A DNA stretch of 56,566 nucleotides from Eubacterium sp. GTDB taxonomy: Bacteria > Bacillota > Clostridia > Lachnospirales > Lachnospiraceae. The DNA lies in NCBI GenBank assembly GCA_024684535.1, contig JAIKWQ010000052.1, forward strand, positions 1 to 56,566, written 5' to 3'. Every line of letters starts with the position of its first letter. Within the stretch, counting starts at the first letter, position 1. A program made the translations under genes and the position numbers. Of this stretch, positions 10,024-19,242 are shown one piece after another. Under the pieces are notes generated by a model, which was not told the origin of the DNA, did no database searches, and saw only the letters and a list, made by a program, of their open reading frames with translations.

Positions 10024-10511
10024 TTTTTCTTTCCTGCCTTTTCTTTTTCATTCCAGTCACCCAGATAGTTTTCTGACCAGGTCAATATCTGGTACTGTTT
10101 TTTCTTGTTGTATCTGAGAAGAACTTCGACTTTTAATTCGTGTTCTTTGTCTATCGGAACGCTGTACGTCGCATACGCATCCCAATCTGTAAATCCGATA
10201 TTTTCGGCTACTATTCTCTTTACTCCGCCCTTCGATTTGGTAGCTTTGTATACTTTGACGGACACCGGTGTTACTCCGTTTCTCAAATCCGCAAGGATTT
10301 CTTCTGCCTGCAAATCAGCCTTGTAGTAAGCGGTTATATTTTTCTCTGTCCTATCTGTCGCAGTTGATTCTGCATGCGCTTTTGACATAGTAAAAAACAT
10401 ATAAATCATGATACCCGCAACCACAAAAGCTGCAACTATCATGAAAAATCCCAGCGCGGTATATAAAAACGGTTTTTTTGTTTTTGTCTCAGTGTCTTTC
10501 AATCTTTTCAC
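10020..10511 (-). CDS. pilin-like single-pass membrane protein
   Basis: Basic leader, hydrophobic helix, then the long helix TAYYKADLQAEEILADL, recalled from clostridial DUF4860-associated clusters. Confidence 0.55.
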   Translation of the reverse strand: MKRLKDTETKTKKPFLYTALGFFMIVAAFVVAGIMIYMFFTMSKAHAESTATDRTEKNITAYYKADLQAEEILADLRNGVTPVSVKVYKATKSKGGVKRIVAENIGFTDWDAYATYSVPIDKEHELKVEVLLRYNKKKQYQILTWSENYLGDWNEKEKAGKKK

Positions 10512-10514
10512 CTC

Positions 10515-10967
10515 TTATTTGGCAGTTTGTGAAGATTTCTGCCAGGCAGCCTGAACTGTATATATCGGGTTTTTCTCATCTATGTTTTCAGTGTTTAGTT
10601 TTTCAACTTTCACCATTGCCTTCACAAGCAAGTCTGTAACATCTTTTGAAACTGCCTCCAAATCAACCACCAGACCGTCTTCAGGGTATCTCACTATCAA
10701 TCTTCCCGAACCATTCTCGTCGTCAGAAGCGACGGTTCCGGAAAGCTTATCTGATGCTCCTTTCAGGTCACCATGATATGCCTTGCAAGTCTCGATAACC
10801 TCCGATGCGCGAAGCGCGGCAATCTCTTTTTCGTCCGATCCTTTTGTCATATCGCCCGCAAACAATACTCCCAAAAGACAAATCAAAACAACTACTGTAA
10901 TACCTGAAATAAGTATCACCAGCTCCGTCAGAGAAAGCGGTGACTTACGTTTTTTCTGCTCCATCAT
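10515..10967 (-). CDS. pilin-like protein with degenerate prepilin motif
   Basis: KKRKSP-LSLTELVILI has Glu at position +5 followed by a hydrophobic helix, but lacks the -1 Gly. Confidence 0.55.
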   Translation of the reverse strand: MMEQKKRKSPLSLTELVILISGITVVVLICLLGVLFAGDMTKGSDEKEIAALRASEVIETCKAYHGDLKGASDKLSGTVASDDENGSGRLIVRYPEDGLVVDLEAVSKDVTDLLVKAMVKVEKLNTENIDEKNPIYTVQAAWQKSSQTAK

Positions 10968-11743
10968 CCCACTCCTCCGGAATCATTTTCACTATCTTCG
11001 CCGGTTTCCTCTCCTACTGCGCCCTCTCCTATCAGACCTCTCAGAGCCAATTTATTGTGGCTGTTTTTTCCGGCGGAATCGGTAACATTTATTTCTATCA
11101 TTCCGTCAGACATAATAAATGACAGCTCTTTTGCCGTAGCTAAAACCGTACCTTCTTCAGGTGCAACTGTAGCATCTTTCAAAGCCATCATTTCGTATAC
11201 TTTTCCGTCTTCCAAATAGATTCTTTCATCAAAAATATCCCCATCGACATCTCTGTATATGTGAAGGGTATTGATCCCGTCATCGTCACCCGACGCAGCA
11301 AATCCTCCTGCTTCCACTTTTCCTGCGCCATCAGCAGTCCTGATTTTTTCTTCTATATACGAGATGATATCTTTGCCGTCGACAGACTTTGCATTTTTTC
11401 CCGCAGAAAGAGTGCTTACACTGTTTTCTTTTTTCTTGTTGTCAAGTTCCATAACCGATATCTGAGGTGGTATGTCTTTGCCGAATATTTCATAGTAAAC
11501 ACCGTATTTTTTTTCGTCAACGATAAGTCCGTAATTGTCTTTCAGATAATCAACACTCGGTGGGTATACGCCCTCGTTTGCATAGCAATCGAGCACAGCT
11601 TCCCTGACTGTACTCTCAACCTGCGCAGCAGACTCTGCCGCCGGACGAAGCCCCAGCTTGTCTGTCGCAAATATCAAACCGCCGCCGATCACAGCCGGAA
11701 CCCCTACTATGATCAAAAACTTCACAAACGCCTTCACAACCAA
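10964..11743 (-). CDS. fusion of a pilin-like small protein and a DUF4860-like domain
   Basis: N-half CYANEGVYPPSVDYLKDNYGL; C-half SYIEEKIRTAD...IYLEDGKVYEM. GTG 11737 is an alternative start. Confidence 0.6.
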   Translation of the reverse strand: MVVKAFVKFLIIVGVPAVIGGGLIFATDKLGLRPAAESAAQVESTVREAVLDCYANEGVYPPSVDYLKDNYGLIVDEKKYGVYYEIFGKDIPPQISVMELDNKKKENSVSTLSAGKNAKSVDGKDIISYIEEKIRTADGAGKVEAGGFAASGDDDGINTLHIYRDVDGDIFDERIYLEDGKVYEMMALKDATVAPEEGTVLATAKELSFIMSDGMIEINVTDSAGKNSHNKLALRGLIGEGAVGEETGEDSENDSGGVG

Positions 11744-11764
11744 AACCTCACTCTACGGAACATA

Positions 11765-12664
11765 TCAACCTGCCAGTCCGTCCACTCCGACCGCAGTATA
11801 ATTTTTTGCATTTACCTGAACCAGTTCTTCATGCATTTTATTCAAACTTGTATATCCGTCCACCGTTTCATAGTAACCGTATTTCAAGCTTGTTGAGCCC
11901 AGGATAAAAGTATAATCAGTGTTTATATCCCAACCGCCTTCTTTGAGTTTTTTGACATTTTTAAACTCTACCGGGAAGTATACAGTCTTTTCTTTGAATT
12001 TTTTCTTTTTGCTTTTTACAAGCGCGGAATAAACCATATAAATCTTGTTTTGTTCCACAAATTTTTTCGGATTTTTTGCAACTTCAAAATAATATCCGAA
12101 ATATCTGACATCATTTATCTTCAATTTTTTTCTTCTTGTCGCGTCATCAAAATATTCTTCTACGCACTCCTTTGTTGCATCTTTCATGGTGCTTAAGCCC
12201 GCATCATCAAGCTCCTCCGGCGAAGTCACGTACGCATCGACATTTTCAACCGTAAACTCCTTCTCCGTCTGCGAAAATCTCACGCCGTATTTTTTGACCA
12301 ATGTATCTTCGTCAGGCGATTCCACTTTGACTGTTATTTTGTCCCCGGCTTTGATTCCTTTTGTTTTGCTGATAGAAAAATAAATCAGGCTAAGTGGCTC
12401 AGCAGTTGCTTGGTTATTCACCGATGCAGTCAGATTTGGCGAAATCCCTTTGTAATCAATTTTCACTTCTTCAAAAGGATCTATGGAGGTTACTTTGCCG
12501 ATTCCTGATGTTGCAATAGTTTCTGCCATCTTGATTTCAGTTTTATTTTTCGTGACAAAAAATACGATGAGCAGCACAATCAGCGCAACCAGCAAAAATA
12601 CACCGCCGCCGACCAAGCCGTAAAGCACCGGTTTTGAGATTTTATTATCGTTTAGCTTTGACAT
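11765..12664 (-). CDS. membrane-anchored hypothetical protein
   Basis: 299-aa ORF with one N-terminal TM helix and a GGAGG RBS. Confidence 0.75.
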   Translation of the reverse strand: MSKLNDNKISKPVLYGLVGGGVFLLVALIVLLIVFFVTKNKTEIKMAETIATSGIGKVTSIDPFEEVKIDYKGISPNLTASVNNQATAEPLSLIYFSISKTKGIKAGDKITVKVESPDEDTLVKKYGVRFSQTEKEFTVENVDAYVTSPEELDDAGLSTMKDATKECVEEYFDDATRRKKLKINDVRYFGYYFEVAKNPKKFVEQNKIYMVYSALVKSKKKKFKEKTVYFPVEFKNVKKLKEGGWDINTDYTFILGSTSLKYGYYETVDGYTSLNKMHEELVQVNAKNYTAVGVDGLAG

Positions 12665-12679
12665 ATATTCTTCCTCCGA

Positions 12680-13582
12680 TCACATATCTTTTCTGAAAAC
12701 AACTCTTGTTCTGCCTTCGCTGTCCGCCCGAACAGCTCTGTCAAGATCTGACGGGTCAACTATTTTTCCTATTCTGGTCGGATAAGCACCGGCCTCATGA
12801 TCTGTCAATGAAAGTTTAAGTGTGTTCGTTCCGTACAGGAATACTTCTCCTTTTTCAACAGTTTTTGATCCCGAAACATATTCTTTGAATTCATCCGAGA
12901 AAAATGCAAATTTCTCCACATCCTCGAGTGGAGCCATAATAACCGTACTTATTTTTCCTGAGATAACCCTGTTGTAAAAATCAGTTGCTGTGGCGTGTTT
13001 ATACATCTGCAACGCGAAATAATACGTGTTGTTAAGTGACATAACTATAAATGTTTCCGACAACGCATCCGGTGGCGCCGAAGTCGGCGTGGGCGAAGGA
13101 GTAGGAGACTCCGTCGGCTCAGCTGATGCCGTAGGTGTCGGTGTCGCCTTGTCCGGTTTTGGTTGTCCGCAATTTGAACAATAATTGGTGTCATTTACCT
13201 TGCCGCAGGAAGGACAGGTCCATTTTTTATCTTTGACGGTAACCTTGCAGGTAAGTGTCTTGGTTTTTTTCGATGTAAGCCACACCTTCGCCTTGACAGT
13301 TGCCTTGCCCGGTTTTACACCTTTTATCTTGACCTGTTTTGCTTTGCGGTTTGTAAGCTTGATTCTCGATGAGCCCGAGCTGATATAAAAATACGCCGCA
13401 TACGAAGTATTTTTGACCTTAAGAGTTTTCTTTGATCCGACTCTCACAGTAATCTTAGACGCGCTAAGCTTGGGAGTTGCGGCGCAGGCAACATCAGTGC
13501 GCACAGGAATAACGGGTATGGAAACCACACCCATAACCAGGCTGAGTATAATCGAAACTATTGCTCTACGCTTCATTTTCAT
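12680..13582 (-). CDS. secreted Ig-like, zinc-ribbon and cyclophilin-like fold protein
   Basis: Signal peptide, Lys-rich Ig domain, WTCPSCG..NYCSNCG, P/T linker, C-terminal GEVFLYGTNTL...TRIGKIVDPSDL. Start at 13582 or 13576. Confidence 0.65.
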   Translation of the reverse strand: MKMKRRAIVSIILSLVMGVVSIPVIPVRTDVACAATPKLSASKITVRVGSKKTLKVKNTSYAAYFYISSGSSRIKLTNRKAKQVKIKGVKPGKATVKAKVWLTSKKTKTLTCKVTVKDKKWTCPSCGKVNDTNYCSNCGQPKPDKATPTPTASAEPTESPTPSPTPTSAPPDALSETFIVMSLNNTYYFALQMYKHATATDFYNRVISGKISTVIMAPLEDVEKFAFFSDEFKEYVSGSKTVEKGEVFLYGTNTLKLSLTDHEAGAYPTRIGKIVDPSDLDRAVRADSEGRTRVVFRKDM

Positions 13583-13594
13583 CACCAAATACAT

Positions 13595-13661
13595 ATTTTA
13601 CCATATTTTTGCGAATTTGCAAAGAGTTTTGGTTGAAAAATCTTAAGTTTTGCTGTATTCT
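13595..13661. promoter_or_regulatory. back-to-back divergent sigma70 promoters
   Basis: Minus strand: TTGCAA (13622-13617), 16 bp, TG-n-TAAAAT (13600-13595). Plus strand: TTGAAA (13633-13638), 17 bp, TATTCT (13656-13661). Confidence 0.6.
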
Positions 13662-13668
13662 ATACAGT

Positions 13669-16047
13669 ATGAACAAAAAAGTTTTGCATACACTCGAATA
13701 CGACAAGATTATAGACCGTCTGGTGCAGTTGGCAGACTCGGAGGCAGGCAAAACCAAAGCAAAACGAATCCGCCCCCTGTCTGACAAAGGTGCAATCACC
13801 TCCCATCAGGCGTTTACTTCTGCTGCCTTTGCGAGAATACTAAAAGGCGATAAACCTCGTTTTTCTGGACTCAAAGACATCCGCCCGGCGCTTAAACCGC
13901 TTGAAAAAGGTCGAACACTCGGCATCCGTGACCTCCTGAACGTAAACAGGCTTTTGGAAATCACAAAAAATGCCATAGCGTCAGACGAAAAACTCGAGGA
14001 TTACAAGGATGTCCTGTCGGGGCAGTTTGCCTCTCTTTTGGACTTTCCGGATTTAAGGCGCGAAATAACAAGATGCATCATAAGCGAAGATGAGATTGCT
14101 GATGACGCCAGTCCGACGCTGAAAAGTATTCGAAGAGATATCGCGGGTATGGACGGAAGAATCAGGGAACAGTTAAACAAAACCGTAACTTCCTCACAGA
14201 GCATGCTCAGAGACAGCATCATCACGCAACGAAACGGCAGATATTGTCTGCAGGTGAAAAGCGAATACAAATCCTCTTTTCCGGGAATAGTTCACGACCA
14301 AAGTTCAACCGGCTCAACATTTTTCATAGAACCCATGGCAGTTGTTGAACTGGGCGGTGAACTCGCGGGTATGATTGCAAAAGAGCAGGCCGAGATAGAA
14401 AAAATATTGGCAGATCTGTCAAACCTCACTGCGCCGTATATAACCGACCTTGAGAAGGATTACCTGCTTCTGGCAGACCTTGATTTCATCTTTGCAAAGG
14501 GCGAACTTGCCAAACAAATGAGGGCAAGCGAACCGATTTTCCAGGGTGATTATATCGATCTGCGTCAGGCGAGACACCCGCTGATTGACCCGAAATCGGT
14601 AGTCCCGATAGATGTTTCTCTCGGAAAAGACTACGACCTGATGGTTATCACGGGACCGAATACCGGCGGAAAAACTGTCACATTAAAAACTATCGGGCTG
14701 CTTACTCTGATGGGTCAGGCAGGACTTCACATCCCCGCCGCCGACAGATCTCACCTGCGCGTATACGACGAAGTCTTCGCCGATATCGGAGATGAGCAGA
14801 GTATCGAACAGAGTTTGAGTACATTTTCATCGCATATGACAAACACTGTCTCGATTCTGAAAAAAGCAAATACCGATTCACTAACACTTTTTGATGAGCT
14901 CGGAGCAGGTACGGACCCGACAGAGGGCGCGGCTTTGGCTATCGCGATACTTGACCACCTGCATCAAAAAGGAATACACGCGGTTGCAACTACGCATTAT
15001 TCGGAGCTCAAGCTCTACGCATTGGATACGGACGGAGTCGAAAACGCATCCTGCGAGTTTGATGTGGCTTCTCTCAAGCCCACCTACAGACTGCTGGTCG
15101 GAATTCCGGGAAAAAGCAACGCATTTGCCATCGCAGGCAAGCTCGGACTTGACAAAAATATCATAACAGAAGCCGACAAACTCATAGCATCCGATGCAAA
15201 GAGTTTCGAAGACGTGGTTTCCGGACTTGAACAGTCAAAAATAGATGCTGAGAGAGAACGTGAGAAAGCTATCCGCTTCCGCGAAAACGCTGAAAGCTAC
15301 AAGCAGAAACTTGAAGATAAAAATGAACGCCTCGAGCAGTCCAAGGACAAAATCCTTCGTCAGGCTCACGAAGAAGCGCGAATCATAGTCGAAAAAGCAA
15401 AAGAGGTTGCTGACGACGCGATTCGCAAGTATAATAAATGGATGCAGGATCCTGATGCTTTGAAAGCTATGGAAAAAGAGCGTCAGTCCCTGCGTGATAA
15501 CCTGAACAAAACCGATGAGGCACTGGCAAACTACGGTCTCGGCATCAAAAAACGAAATAAAAAAGCAGCGAAAAAACCTGAAGAGCTGGAACCCGGCGAT
15601 ATAGTTATGGTTCTCTCAATGGGTGTTCAGGGAACTGTGGCAACTCTGCCGAACCGCGGAAAATGTTTCGTAAACATCGGTATACTTCGCTCGGAAGTTG
15701 ATTTATCTGACCTTGAATTCATATCCGAAGGCGAAAAGAAAAACTCAGGTAAAGCAACCATATCCAAAGGCAAAAACATCGGCAGATCAAAGGCTATGAG
15801 TGTCCACACCGAAATAAATCTCATAGGAAAGACGGTTGCTGAGGCTATACCCGAGCTTGAAAAATATTTAGACGATGCGGTGCTGGCAGGACTGTCCCAG
15901 GTTCGCATCATACATGGAATGGGCACCGGAGCTCTGCGAAACGCAGTTTCAGATAGCCTGAAATCAAACCCCACAGTGGATTCTTTCAGACCGGGCGAAC
16001 AGGGCGAAGGCGGCTACGGAGCGACCGTGGCATTTTTCAAAAAATAA
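13669..16047 (+). CDS. mutS2: endonuclease MutS2
   Basis: MNKKVLHTLEY start, ITGPNTGGKT, DIGDEQSIEQSLSTFS, DELGAGTDP, and C-terminal Smr domain IIHGMGTG. Confidence 0.95.
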   Translation: MNKKVLHTLEYDKIIDRLVQLADSEAGKTKAKRIRPLSDKGAITSHQAFTSAAFARILKGDKPRFSGLKDIRPALKPLEKGRTLGIRDLLNVNRLLEITKNAIASDEKLEDYKDVLSGQFASLLDFPDLRREITRCIISEDEIADDASPTLKSIRRDIAGMDGRIREQLNKTVTSSQSMLRDSIITQRNGRYCLQVKSEYKSSFPGIVHDQSSTGSTFFIEPMAVVELGGELAGMIAKEQAEIEKILADLSNLTAPYITDLEKDYLLLADLDFIFAKGELAKQMRASEPIFQGDYIDLRQARHPLIDPKSVVPIDVSLGKDYDLMVITGPNTGGKTVTLKTIGLLTLMGQAGLHIPAADRSHLRVYDEVFADIGDEQSIEQSLSTFSSHMTNTVSILKKANTDSLTLFDELGAGTDPTEGAALAIAILDHLHQKGIHAVATTHYSELKLYALDTDGVENASCEFDVASLKPTYRLLVGIPGKSNAFAIAGKLGLDKNIITEADKLIASDAKSFEDVVSGLEQSKIDAEREREKAIRFRENAESYKQKLEDKNERLEQSKDKILRQAHEEARIIVEKAKEVADDAIRKYNKWMQDPDALKAMEKERQSLRDNLNKTDEALANYGLGIKKRNKKAAKKPEELEPGDIVMVLSMGVQGTVATLPNRGKCFVNIGILRSEVDLSDLEFISEGEKKNSGKATISKGKNIGRSKAMSVHTEINLIGKTVAEAIPELEKYLDDAVLAGLSQVRIIHGMGTGALRNAVSDSLKSNPTVDSFRPGEQGEGGYGATVAFFKK

Positions 16048-16067
16048 AAACATACCAGGAGGGGCAT

Positions 16068-16781
16068 ATGAGCAAGAAAAAAATAATGATAGTGGATGAC
16101 GACGAAAACATCGCAAGTCTGATTTCTCTCTATCTGACAAAGGAGTTTTTCCAGTGCGAAATCGCGCACGACGGAGAGACAGCGCTGAAATTGAATGAGG
16201 AGTTTAAACCGGATCTGATCCTGCTTGACATCATGCTTCCGGGAATCGACGGCTACACCGTCTGCAGAGAACTTCGCAAAGACTATATGACTCCTGTTAT
16301 CATGCTTTCTGCAAAAACAGAAGTTTTCGACAAGGTTCTGGGGCTGGAGCTCGGCGCGGACGACTATATCATCAAGCCTTTCGACAACAAAGAGATGGTC
16401 GCAAGGGTTAAGGCGGTCCTGAGAAGATACTCCAACGCTGCCGCCGTAAGCGAGTCCAAGCAGGACGAACCTACATCCGAAGAGGTTACCTGCGGCGATC
16501 TCGTGATCAACCGCTCGACCTACACAGTTACACAGGGCGGAGAACCTATAGATATGCCTCCGAAAGAACTTGAGCTTCTGTACTTTCTGGCATCTCACCC
16601 CAATCAGGTTTTCACCAGAGAGCAGCTTCTCGACCGCATCTGGGGGTACGATTATGTGTCTGAGACCAGAACAGTCGATGTCCATATAAAAAGGCTTCGT
16701 GAAAAAATCGGCGCAAGCGCAACTCATACCATATCAACCATATGGGGTATCGGTTACAGATTTGAGAAAAAAGAGCAATAA
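16068..16781 (+). CDS. OmpR/PhoB-family response regulator
   Basis: VDDD, LLDIMLP, GADDYIIKPF and wHTH RTVDVHIKRLREK. Confidence 0.93.
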   Translation: MSKKKIMIVDDDENIASLISLYLTKEFFQCEIAHDGETALKLNEEFKPDLILLDIMLPGIDGYTVCRELRKDYMTPVIMLSAKTEVFDKVLGLELGADDYIIKPFDNKEMVARVKAVLRRYSNAAAVSESKQDEPTSEEVTCGDLVINRSTYTVTQGGEPIDMPPKELELLYFLASHPNQVFTREQLLDRIWGYDYVSETRTVDVHIKRLREKIGASATHTISTIWGIGYRFEKKEQ

Positions 16782-16802
16782 CTGCTCAGGAATGGGGAAA
16801 TC

Positions 16803-18227
16803 ATGAAATTTTTCGGAAAAACAACTCTTATCAAAAAGCTTCTGGCTTTTTATCTCGTTATAGTTATGGGATCGTTTTACTTCATGCTTGTATTCGGCCG
16901 TAGCTATATATACGATCAGGTGCAGGAGGAAACGAAAAATGCCATGATCACCGCCGGCAAGCAAATTATCTCATCTTACTTCGACAGACCGGACTACACG
17001 TCCGAGAGCATCGCAAAAATGCGAGATGAGCTGTCAATGACCGGTGACAACTACGGAAACCGAATCCTGGTTATCCATAACGACGGTGATATCGTGCTTG
17101 ACACCGGCAAGAAAAATGTCCCGTCAACACCCTACAACGTCCGCAATCATCATGAATCCGATTTCCTGAGAAATGAATACACCTATGATTATACCATAGG
17201 CGGATATCTGTCTTCTCCGAGCTTATGCGTGTCACTCCCGCTTTTGAAGAGCACGCAGTTTCTCGGACATCTGATTATAGTACAGGGAAATGAATACATC
17301 ACAGAGAAGACCGATTTCTACTACGGCGTGCTGTCAAAAGTCTACTACATCCTTTTGGCACTGCTTTTGCTGACCTACATCGGACTTTATTTCTTCTGCT
17401 TTGTTCCTCTGAAAAAACTCCGCGAAGGCTGCAAAGACTTTGCTATCGGGCGAGATAACCCGCCTATCCTCATAAACTCTCACGATGAGTATGGTGAACT
17501 CGCCGAAACCCTGAATATCCTCGGAAACGAGCTCAGCAAATTTGATGAGTACCAGCGTAAGTTCCTCTCAAGTATTTCCCACGACTTCCGCTCTCCGCTC
17601 ACCAGTATCAGAGGATATCTGCAGGCAATACAGGACGGCGTAATCGCGCCTGAAGACCAAGACAAAATCATAAATATCATCCTCTCGGAGACTGACAGAC
17701 TTACCAAGCTGACAAACGAGATCGTCGGGCTGAATTCTTTTGATCGTGATAACATTTTTCTGGAGATTTCAGAGTTTGATATACATAAACTTATACGCGA
17801 GGTTACTGATGCAGTCAGCGGTCTGGCCGGCAAAAAACACGTAAAAATATCCACGACATTCCAGCCGGGTACTCCTGTTATAGTTATGGCTGACCGCGAA
17901 AGAATCAACCAGGTTTTGTATAATCTTCTGGAAAATGCTGTGAAATTCAGTATCGACGGCGGAAAAATCAATGTCAGAACACTCTTAAGAAAAGATACAA
18001 TCTTAATATCAATAAAAGACAACGGAATCGGAATTCCGAAAAAAGATCTCGGCAAGATTTTCGATCGTTTCTACAAGTCAGACCTCTCTCGTGGTCGCGA
18101 CAAGTCAGGTTCAGGTCTAGGACTGTCGATTTGCCGTGAGATTCTCAAAGCCCACAAACAGGACATCGACGTCGTTTCCACAGAGGGCGCAGGTACGACG
18201 TTCTCGTTTAGTCTCCAAACAAAGTGA
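16803..18227 (+). CDS. HAMP-domain sensor histidine kinase
   Basis: Two TM segments, HAMP, H-box ISHDFRSPLTSI, NLLENAVKFS, DNGIGI and GSGLGL. Confidence 0.93.
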   Translation: MKFFGKTTLIKKLLAFYLVIVMGSFYFMLVFGRSYIYDQVQEETKNAMITAGKQIISSYFDRPDYTSESIAKMRDELSMTGDNYGNRILVIHNDGDIVLDTGKKNVPSTPYNVRNHHESDFLRNEYTYDYTIGGYLSSPSLCVSLPLLKSTQFLGHLIIVQGNEYITEKTDFYYGVLSKVYYILLALLLLTYIGLYFFCFVPLKKLREGCKDFAIGRDNPPILINSHDEYGELAETLNILGNELSKFDEYQRKFLSSISHDFRSPLTSIRGYLQAIQDGVIAPEDQDKIINIILSETDRLTKLTNEIVGLNSFDRDNIFLEISEFDIHKLIREVTDAVSGLAGKKHVKISTTFQPGTPVIVMADRERINQVLYNLLENAVKFSIDGGKINVRTLLRKDTILISIKDNGIGIPKKDLGKIFDRFYKSDLSRGRDKSGSGLGLSICREILKAHKQDIDVVSTEGAGTTFSFSLQTK

Positions 18228-18229
18228 AT

Positions 18230-18721
18230 CTACCATGACAAACGATGTAAATCTCCCTGCGTGCTGAGACCGGTGAAGCCGTGCTGGCGGGCGACCTCAT
18301 AGGCAAAAACAGCGACGGAGTTGCCCAGATTCAGCGAGCGTATGTCACCAAACATCGGTATCCTCACGCATCTTTCAGGATCGGTAACCAGTATCTCCTC
18401 CGGAATCCCGGCACTTTCTTTGCCAAACATCACATAACAGTTTTCTTCATAGTTCACATCACTGTAGATATGTTTTGCTTTCGTAGTTGCCATATACGGG
18501 CGGACGCCCGGATTTAGGCGTAAAAAATCGGGATAGCTGTCATAGATTTGATAATCCAGCTTATCCCAATAATCAAGCCCTGCGCGCTTAACCTGTTTGT
18601 CGTTTATGACAAATCCCATAGGTTCAATCAGATGGAGCTTCGCTCCTACTGCAACGCAGGTTCTCCCAATATTCCCTGTATTTGCCGGAATTTCCGGCTC
18701 AAGCAATACAATATTTAACAT
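18230..18721 (-). CDS. trmL: tRNA (cytidine/uridine-34 2'-O)-methyltransferase TrmL
   Basis: PEIPANTGNIGRTC, RAGLDYW, FGKESAG and RSLNL SPOUT motifs. Confidence 0.92.
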   Translation of the reverse strand: MLNIVLLEPEIPANTGNIGRTCVAVGAKLHLIEPMGFVINDKQVKRAGLDYWDKLDYQIYDSYPDFLRLNPGVRPYMATTKAKHIYSDVNYEENCYVMFGKESAGIPEEILVTDPERCVRIPMFGDIRSLNLGNSVAVFAYEVARQHGFTGLSTQGDLHRLSW

Positions 18722-19191
18722 CAGTTTTCCTGTTTAAGTGCAAGATAAAGATCGATTCCGCCTCCGTCAAATACCATAGGTACGCAAAGAGACTTCGTGT
18801 AACTTGAACTGAAACTAACTTCGCCATGTGAAAGTGTCGGCGGTGTGATATCAATTCCAATACCCGAAGATGAAAATACAGTTGAAGCGTTACCCATGAT
18901 CATGTTTCCAAGCTCAGAAAGAGCTGAAGATGCAAAATCATCAATCACAGAAATCTCTGTCATACACATCTTTGATGCGATAGCGCAAGCATTTTTCTCT
19001 GACATAGCAATGAGAACCTGACCTCTCATTTCACCGGTAACACCGACGATGATTACCCAGTCATCCTTGCCAAACGCCGCTTCCCTCAAAACAGGTTTCT
19101 GGATGGCAACTTCTACAAAGCACACATCCTGCAATATTTTTTTTGCGGTCATCAAAAATGGGTTAATGTGTTCCGCATTCAGTGTTGCCAT
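18721..19191 (-). CDS. cheX: chemotaxis phosphatase CheX family protein
   Basis: INPF, IVGVTGEMRG, SALSELGNMIMG (ExxN) and IDITPP. Confidence 0.88.
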   Translation of the reverse strand: MATLNAEHINPFLMTAKKILQDVCFVEVAIQKPVLREAAFGKDDWVIIVGVTGEMRGQVLIAMSEKNACAIASKMCMTEISVIDDFASSALSELGNMIMGNASTVFSSSGIGIDITPPTLSHGEVSFSSSYTKSLCVPMVFDGGGIDLYLALKQEN

Positions 19192-19242
19192 ATGCCGTCC
19201 TCCTATATACAATTCCTGACATGTAGATATATTCTACCACAT

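Noticed and set aside
13561-13668. N-terminal extensions in the ORF track (mutS2; likewise ogg, asnB, carA, cheX)
   Set aside because: They run through promoters or leaders; family N-termini and RBS positions point to downstream starts.
16014-16727. 237-aa antisense ORF, and the many other antisense or nested ORFs in the track
   Set aside because: They are shadows of well-supported genes on the opposite strand and have no motifs or RBS.
18721-19191. orphan cheX overlapping trmL as a novel link
   Set aside because: Stand-alone cheX genes are common in Clostridia, and nothing suggests a functional connection.
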